Part shown: piece by piece, positions 55,327-64,000 of the stretch
How the letters are laid out: each line of letters starts with the position of its first letter
How positions within the stretch are numbered: the stretch's first letter is position 1
Origin: Eledone cirrhosa
Taxonomy: Eukaryota
Assembly: GCA_964016885.1 (NCBI GenBank)
Contig: OZ024741.1
Coordinates: 410,316,001 to 410,380,000, forward strand
Direction: 5' to 3'
DNA: 64,000 bases
Translations under genes and position numbers: made by a program
Notes under the pieces: model-generated
The model's database searches: none
Told to the model about the DNA's origin: nothing
What the model saw: only the letters and a program-made list of their open reading frames with translations

Positions 55327-58300
55327 TGTCTATGTTATTTAACCCTTTCACTACCATATTTCTAATGTAAGACAGTGTCTATGTTGTTTAAGCCTTTCAT
55401 TACCATATTTCTAATGAAAGACACTGTCTATGTTGTTTAACGCTTCCATTACCACATTTCTAATGTAAGAAACTGTCTATGTTGTTTAACCCTTTCATTA
55501 CCATATTTCTAACGTAAGACACTGTCTATGTTGTTTAACCCTTTCATTACCGTATTTCTAATGAAAGACACTGTCTATGTTGTTTAACCCTTTCATTAGC
55601 ATATTTCTAATGTAAGACACTGTCTATGTTGTTTAACCTTTTCACTACCATCTTTAACACTTTCATTACCATATTTCTTATGTAAGACACTCTCTATGTT
55701 GTTTAACCCTTTCATTAGCATATTTCTAATGTAAGACCCTGTCTATGTTGTTTAACCCTTTCATTACCATATTTATAATGTAAGACACCGTCTATGTTGT
55801 TTAACCTTTTCACTACCATCTTTAACACTTTCATTACCATATTTCTTATGTAAGACACTGTCTATGTTGTTTAATCCTTTCATTACCATATTTCTAATGT
55901 AAGACACTGTCTATGTTGTTTAACCCTTTCATTACCATATTTCTAATCTAAGACTCTGTCTATGTTGTTTAACTCTTCCATTACCATATTTCTAATGTAA
56001 GACACTGTCTATGTTGTTTAACCCTTTCATTACCATATTTCTAATGAAAGACACTGTCTATGTTATTTATCCCTTTCATTACCATATTTCTAATGTAAGA
56101 CACTGTCTATGTTGTTTAACCCTTTCATTACCATATTTCTAATGTAAGACACTGTCTATGTTGTTTAACCCTTTCATTACCATATTTCTAATGTAAGAGA
56201 CTGTCTATGTTGTTTAACCCTTTCATTACCATAATTCTAATGAAAGACACTGTCTATGTCTTTAACCCTTCCATTACCATATTTTTAATCTAAGACACTG
56301 TCTATGTTTTTTAACTCTTCCATTACCATATTTCTAATGAAAGACATTGTCTATCTTGTTTAACCCTTTCATTACCATATTTTTCATGACTCTGTCTATG
56401 TTGTTTAACCCTTTAATTACCATATTTCTAATATAAGACCCTGTCTATGTTGGTTAACCCTTTCATTACCTTATTTATAATGTAAGACACCGTCTATGTT
56501 GTTTAACCTTTTCACTACCATCTTTAACACTTTCATTACCATATTTCTTATGTAAGACACTGTCTATGTTGTTTAATCCTTTCATTACCATATTTCTAAT
56601 GTAAGACACTGTCTATGTTGTTTAACCCTTTCATTACCATATTTCTAATGTAAGACTCTGTCTATGTTGTTTAACCCTTTCATTACCATATTTCTAACGT
56701 AAGACACTGTCTATGTTATTTAACCCTTTCATTACCATATTTCTAATGTAAGACTCTGTCAATGTTGTTTAACCCTTTCATTACCATATTTCTAATGAAA
56801 GACACTGTCTATGTTGTTTAACCCTTTCATTACCATATTTTCTATGTAAACACTGTCTATGTTGTTTAACCCTTTCATTACCATATTTCTAATGTAAGAG
56901 ACTGTCTATGTTGTTTAACCCTTTCATTACCATAATTCTAATGAAAGACACTGTCTATGTCTTTAACCCTTCCATTACCATATTTTTAATCTGAGACACT
57001 GTCTATGTTTTTTAACACTTCCTTTATACTTCTAATGTAAGACACTGTCTATGTTGTTTAACCCTTTCATTACCATATTTCTAATGTAAGACACTGTCTA
57101 TGTTGTTTAACCCTTTCATTACCGTATTTCTAATGAAAGACACTGTCTATGTTGTTTAACCCTTTCATTACCATATTTCTAATGTAAGACACTGTCTATG
57201 TTGTTTAACCTTTTCACTACCATCTTTAACACTTTCATTACCATATTTCTTATGTAAGACACTCTCTATGTTGTTTAACCCTTTCATTACCATATTTCTA
57301 ATGTAAGACCCTGTCTATGTTGTTTAACCCTTTCATTACCTTATTTATAATGTAAAACACCGTCTATGTAGTTTAACATTTTCACTACCATCTTTAACAC
57401 TTTCATTACCATATTTCTTATGTAAGACACTGTCTATGTTGTTTAACCCTTTCATTACCATATTTATAATGTAAGACTCTGTCTATGTTGTTTAACCCTT
57501 TCATTACCATATTTCTAACGTAAGACACTGGCTATGTTGTTTAACCCTTTCATTACCGTATTTCTAATGAAAGAAACTGTCTATGTTGTTTAACCCTTTC
57601 ATTACCGTATTTCTAATGTAAGACACTGTCTATGTCTTTAACCCTTCCATTACCATATTTTTAATCTAAGACACTGTCTATGTTTTTTAACCCTTCCATT
57701 ACCATATTTCTAATGAAAGACATTGTCTATCTTGTTTAACCCTTTCATTACCATATTTCTAAAGTAAGACCCTGTCTAATGTTGGTTAACACTTTCATTA
57801 CCTTATTTATAATGTGAGACACCGTCTATGTTGTTTAACCTTTTCACTACCATCTTTAACACTTTCATTACCATATTTCTTATGTAAGACACTCTCTATG
57901 TTGTTTAACCCTTTCATTACCATATTTCTAATGTAAGACCTTGTCTATGTTTTTTAACCCTTTCATTACCTTATTTATAATGTAAGACACTGTCTATGTT
58001 GTTTAACCTTTTCACTACCATCTTTAACACTTTCATTACCATATTTCTTATGTAAGACACTCTCTATGTTGTTTAACCCTTTCATTACCATATTTCTAAT
58101 GTAAGACCTTGTCTATGTTTTTTAACCCTTTCATTACCTTATTTATAATGTAAGACACCGTCTATGTTGTTTAACCTTTTCACTACCATCTTTAACACTT
58201 TCATTACCATATTTCTTATGTAAGACACTGTCTATGTTGTTTAATCCTTTCATTACCATATTTCTAATGTAAGACACTGTCTATGTTGTTTAACCCTTTC

Positions 58301-61300
58301 ATTACCATATTTCTAATGTAAGACTCTGTCTATGTTGTTTAACCCTTTCATTACCGTATTTCTAATGAAAGACACTGTCTAGGTTGTTTAACCCTTTCAT
58401 TACCATAATTCTAATGAAAGACACTGTCTATGTCTTTAACCCTTCCATTACCATATTTTTAATCTAAGACACTGTCTATGTTTTTTAACTCTTCCATTAC
58501 CATACTTCTAATGTAAGACACTGTCTATGTTGTTTAACCCTTCCATTATCATATTTCTAATGAAAGACATTGTCTATCTTGTTTAACCCTTTCATTACCA
58601 TATTTCTCATGACTCTGTCTATGTTGTTTAACCCTTTCATTACCATATTTCTAATGTAAGAACCTGTCTATGTTGGTTAACACTTTCATTACATTATTTA
58701 TAATGTAAGACACCGTCTATGTTGTTTAACCTTTTCACTACGATCTTTAACACTTTCATTACCATATTTCTTATGTAAGACACTGTCTACGTTGTTTAAT
58801 CCTTTCACTACCATATTTCTAATGTAAGACACTGTCTATGTTGTTTAACCCTTTCATTACCATATTTCTAATGAAAGACACTGTCTATGTTGTTTAACCC
58901 TTTCATTACCATATTTTCTATGTAAACACTGTCTATGTTGTTTAACCCTTTCATTACCATATTTCTAATGTAAGAGACTGTCTATGTTGTTTAACCCTTT
59001 CATTACCATAATTCTAATGAAAGACACTGTCTATGTCTTTAACCCTTCCATTACCATATTTTTAATCTGAGACACTGTCTATGTTTTTTAACACTTCCTT
59101 TATACTTCTAATGTAAGACACTGTCTATGTTGTTTAACCCTTTCATTACCATATTTCTAATGTAAGACACTGTCTATGTTGTTTAACCCTTTCATTACCG
59201 TATTTCTAATGAAAGACACTGTCTATGTTGTTTAACCCTTTCATTACCATATTTCTAATGTAAGACACTGTCTATGTTGTTTAACCTTTTCACTACCATC
59301 TTCAACACTTTCATTACCATATTTCTTATGTAAGACACTCTCTATGTTGTTTAACCCTTTCATTACCATATTTCTAATGTAAGACCCTGTCTATGTTGTT
59401 TAACCCTTTCATTACCTTATTTATAATGTAAAACACCGTCTATGTTGTTTAACATTTTCACTACCATCTTTAACACTTTCATTACCATATTTCTTATGTA
59501 AGACACTGTCTATGTTGTTTAACCCTTTCATTACCATATTTATAATGTAAGACTCTGTCTATGTTGTTTAACCCTTTCATTACCATATTTCTAACGTAAG
59601 ACACTGGCTATGTTGTTTAACCCTTTCATTACCGTATTTCTAATGAAAGAAACTGTCTATGTTGTTTAACCCTTTCATTACCGTATTTCTAATGTAAGAC
59701 ACTGTCTATGTCTTTAACCCTTCCATTACCATATTTTTAATCTAAGACACTGTCTATGTTTTTTAACCCTTCCATTACCATATTTCTAATGAAAGACATT
59801 GTCTATCTTGTTTAACCCTTTCATTACCATATTTCTAAAGTAAGACCCTGTCTAATGTTGGTTAACACTTTCATTACCTTATTTATAATGTGAGACACCG
59901 TCTATGTTGTTTAACCTTTTCACTACCATCTTCAACACTTTCATTACCATATTTCTTATGTAAGACACTCTCTATGTTGTTTAACCCTTTCATTACCTTA
60001 TTTATAATGTAAGACACCGTCTATGTTGTTTAACCTTTTCACTACCATCTTTAACACTTTCATTACCATATTTCTTATGTAAGACTCTCTCTATGTTGTT
60101 TAACCCTTTCATTACCATATTTCTAATGTAAGACCTTGTCTATGTTTTTTAACCCTTTCATTACCTTATTTATAATGTAAGACACTGTCTATGTTGTTTA
60201 ACCTTTTCACTACCATCTTTAACACTTTCATTACCATATTTCTTATGTAAGACACTCTCTATGTTGTTTAACCCTTTCATTACCATATTTCTAATGTAAG
60301 ACCTTGTCTATGTTTTTTAACCCTTTCATTACCTTATTTATAATGTAAGACACCGTCTATGTTGTTTAACCTTTTCACTACCATCTTTAACACTTTCATT
60401 ACCATATTTCTTATGTAAGACACTGTCTATGTTGTTTAATCCTTTCATTACCATATTTCTAATGTAAGACACTGTCTATGTTGTTTAACCCTTTCATTAC
60501 CATATTTCTAATGTAAGACTCTGTCTATGTTGTTTAACCCTTTCATTACCGTATTTCTAATGAAAGACACTGTCTAGGTTGTTTAACCCTTTCATTACCA
60601 TAATTCTAATGAAAGACACTGTCTATGTCTTTAACCCTTCCATTACCATATTTTTAATCTAAGACACTGTCTATGTTTTTTAACTCTTCCATTACCATAC
60701 TTCTAATGTAAGACACTGTCTATGTTGTTTAACCCTTCCATTATCATATTTCTAATGAAAGACATTGTCTATCTTGTTTAACCCTTTCATTACCATATTT
60801 CTCATGACTCTGTCTATGTTGTTTAACACTTTCATTACCATATTTCTAATGTAAGAACCTGTCTATGTTGGTTAACACTTTCATTACATTATTTATAATG
60901 TAAGACACCGTCTATGTTGTTTAACCTTTTCACTACGATCTTTAACACTTTCATTACCATATTTCTTATGTAAGACACTGTCTACGTTGTTTAATCCTTT
61001 CACTACCATATTTCTAATGTAAGACACTGTCTATGTTGTTTAACCCTTTCATTACCATATTTCTAATGTAAGACACTGTCTATGTTGTTTAACCCTTTCA
61101 TTACCATATTTCTAATGTAAGACACTGTCTATGTTGTTTAACCCTTTCACTACCATATTTCTAATGTAAGACACTGTCTATGTTGTTTAACCCTTTCATT
61201 ACCATATTTCTAATGTAAGACTCTGTCTATGTTGTTTAACCCTTTCATTACCATATTTCTAACGTAAGACACTGTCTATGTTGTTTAACCCTTTCATTAC

Positions 61301-64000
61301 CATATTTCTAATGTAAGACTCTGTCTATGTTGTTTAACCCTTCCATTACCATATTTCTAATGTAAGACACTGTCTATGTTGTTTAACACTTTCATTACCA
61401 TATTTCTAATGTAAGACACCGTCTATATTGTTTAACCCTTTCATTACTATATTTCTAATGTAAGACACTGTCTATGTTGTTTAACCCTTTCATTTCCATA
61501 TTTCTAATGTAAGATACTGTCTATGTTGTTTAACCCTTCATTACCATATTTTCTATGTAAACACTGTCAATGTTGTTTAACCCTTTCATTACCATATTTC
61601 TAATGTAAGAGACTGTCTATGTTGTTTAACCCTTTCATGACCATAATTCTAATGAAAGACACTGTCTATGTCTTTAACCCTTCCATTACCATATTTTTAA
61701 TCTAAGACACTGTCTATGTTTTTTAACTCTTCCTTTACCATACTTCTAATGTAAGACACTGTCTATGTTGTTTAACCCTTCCATTACCATGTTTCTAATG
61801 AAAGACATTGTCTATCTTGTTTAACCATTTCATTACCATATTTCTCATGACTCTGTCTATGTTGTTTAACCCTTCCATTACCATATTTCTAATGTAAGAC
61901 ACTGTCTATGTTGTTTAACCCTTTCATTACCATATTTCTAATGAAAGACACTGTCTATGTTGTTTAACCCTTTCATTACCATATTTTCTATGTAAACACT
62001 GTCTATGTTGTTTAACCCTTTCATTACCATATTTCTAATGTAAGAGACTGTCTATGTTGTTTAACCCTTTCATTACCATAATTCTAATGAAAGACACTGT
62101 CTATGTCTTTAACCCTTCCATTACCATATTTTTATTCTAAGACACTGTCTATGTTTTTTAACTCTTCCTTTACCATACTTCTAATGTAAGACACTGTCTA
62201 TGTTGTTTAACCCTTCCATTACCATATTTATAATGAAAGACATTGTCTATCTTGTTTAACCCTTTCATTACCATATTTCTCATGACTCTGTCTATGTTTT
62301 TTAACCCTTTCATCTCCACATTTATAATGTAAGACACTGTCTATGTTATTTAAACCTTTCACCTCCATATTTCTAATGTAAGACAGTGTCTATGTTGTTT
62401 AACCCTTTCATTACCATATTTCTAATGAAAGACACTGTCTATGTTGTTTAACCCTTCCATTACCACTATTCTAATGTAAGAAACTGTCTATGTCGTTTAA
62501 CCCTTTCATTACCATATTTCTCATGACTCTGTCTATGTTGTTTAACCCTTCCATTACCATATTTCTAATGTAAGACACTGTCTATGTTGTTTAACCCTTT
62601 CATTACCATATTTCTAATGTAAGACACTGTCTATGTTGTTTAACCCTTTCATTACCATATTTCTAATGTAAGACTCTGTCTATGTTGTTTAACCCTTTCA
62701 TTACCATATTTCTAATGTAAGACACTGTCTATATTGTTTAACCCTTTCATTACCATATTTCTAATGTAAGACTCTGTCTATGTTGTTTAACCCTTCCATT
62801 ACCATATTTCTAATGTAAGACACTGTCTATGTTGTTTAACGCTTTCATTACCATATTTCTAATGTAAGACACCGTCTATATTGTTTAACCCTTTCATTAC
62901 TATATTTCTAATGTAAGACACTGTCTATGTTGTTTAACCCTTTCATTACCATATTTCTAATGTAAGATACTGTCTATGTTGTTTAACCCTTCATTACCAT
63001 ATTTTCTATGTAAACACTGTCAATGTTGTTTAACCCTTTCATTACCATATTTCTAATGTAAGAGACTGTCTATGTTGTTTAACCCTTTCATGACCATAAT
63101 TCTAATCAAAGACACTGTCTATGTCTTTAACCCTTCCATTACCATATTTTTAATCTAAGACACTGTCTATGTTTTTTAACTCTTCCTTTACCATACTTCT
63201 AATGTAAGACACTGTCTATGTTGTTTAACCCTTCCATTACCATGTTTCTAATGAAAGACATTGTCTATCTTGTTTAACCATTTCATTACCATATTTCTCA
63301 TGACTCTGTCTATGTTGTTTAACCCTTCCATTACCATATTTCTAATGTAAGACACTGTCTATGTTGTTTAACCCTTTCATTACCATATTTCTAATGTAAG
63401 ACACTGTCTATGTTGGTTAACCCTTTCATTACCATATTTCTAATGTAAGACACTGTCTATGTTGTTTAACCCTTTCACTACCATATTTCTAATGTAAGAC
63501 ACTGTCTATGTTGTTTAACCCTTTCATTACCATATTTCTAATGTAAGACTCTGTCTATGTTGTTTAACCCTTTCATTACCATATTTCTAACGTAAGACAT
63601 TGTCTATGTTGTTTAACCCTTTCATTACCATATTTCTAATGTAAGACTCTGTCTATGTTGTTTAACCCTTCCATTACCATATTTCTAATGTAAGACACTG
63701 TCTATGTTGTTTAACACTTTCATTACCATATTTCTAATGTAAGACACCGTCTATATTGTTTAACCCTTTCATTACTATATTTCTAATGTAAGACACTGTC
63801 TATGTTGTTTAACCCTTTCATTACCATATTTCTAATGTAAGATACTGTCTATGTTGTTTAACCCTTCATTACCATATTTTCTATGTAAGAGACTGTCTAT
63901 GTTGTTTAACCCTTTCATGACCATAATTCTAATGAAAGACACTGTCTATGTCTTTAACCCTTCCATTACCATATTTTTAATCTAAGACACTGTCTATGTT
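55327..64000. repeat. 49-bp tandem satellite array, segment 3 (continues beyond the window)
   Basis: Same monomer and orientation, in register after the SINE. Confidence 0.99.
56790..61050. repeat. ~2.1-2.2-kb higher-order tandem duplication (approximate bounds)
   Basis: CTGAGACACT 56991/59067 and TCTAATGTTGG 57775/59851 (offset 2076). AGGTTG 58381/60576 (2195 = 2076 + 49 + 70). Confidence 0.85.

Noticed and set aside
1-64000. CRISPR array, or a CRISPR-like repeat array linked to an RT
   Set aside because: Repeats are contiguous with no unique spacers, there are no cas genes, and the RT is a eukaryotic LINE fragment inserted with a TSD.
1-64000. Telomeric repeat (TAACCC within TTAACCCT)
   Set aside because: Only one hexamer per 49 bp, never tandem.

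Overview
The window is almost entirely (~62 kb) one eukaryotic AT-rich tandem satellite with a 49-bp monomer (consensus CTGTCTATGTTGTTTAACCCTTTCATTACCATATTTCTAATGTAAGACA, 15/49 G+C, roughly 1,250-1,270 head-to-tail copies by length, all in one orientation). It is organised into nested kilobase-scale higher-order duplications. Only two non-satellite segments interrupt it, both on the + strand. (1) A 5'-truncated RTE-clade non-LTR retrotransposon (12218-13921) with a 7-bp TSD, a (TGA)n tail and an uninterrupted RT ORF that carries a C4HC3 PHD-type zinc finger inside the RT region. (2) A 264-bp 5'-truncated CORE-type SINE (55063-55326) whose 3' two-thirds is homologous to the 3' UTR of that LINE, with base-pair-preserving changes in shared hairpins, i.e. 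a probable LINE/SINE partner pair caught in the same satellite. The monomer contains TTAA-CCCTT, which resembles a piggyBac terminus. A cephalopod (Octopus-like) host is suggested from memory of similar repeats but is not demonstrated. No CRISPR array or host gene is supported.
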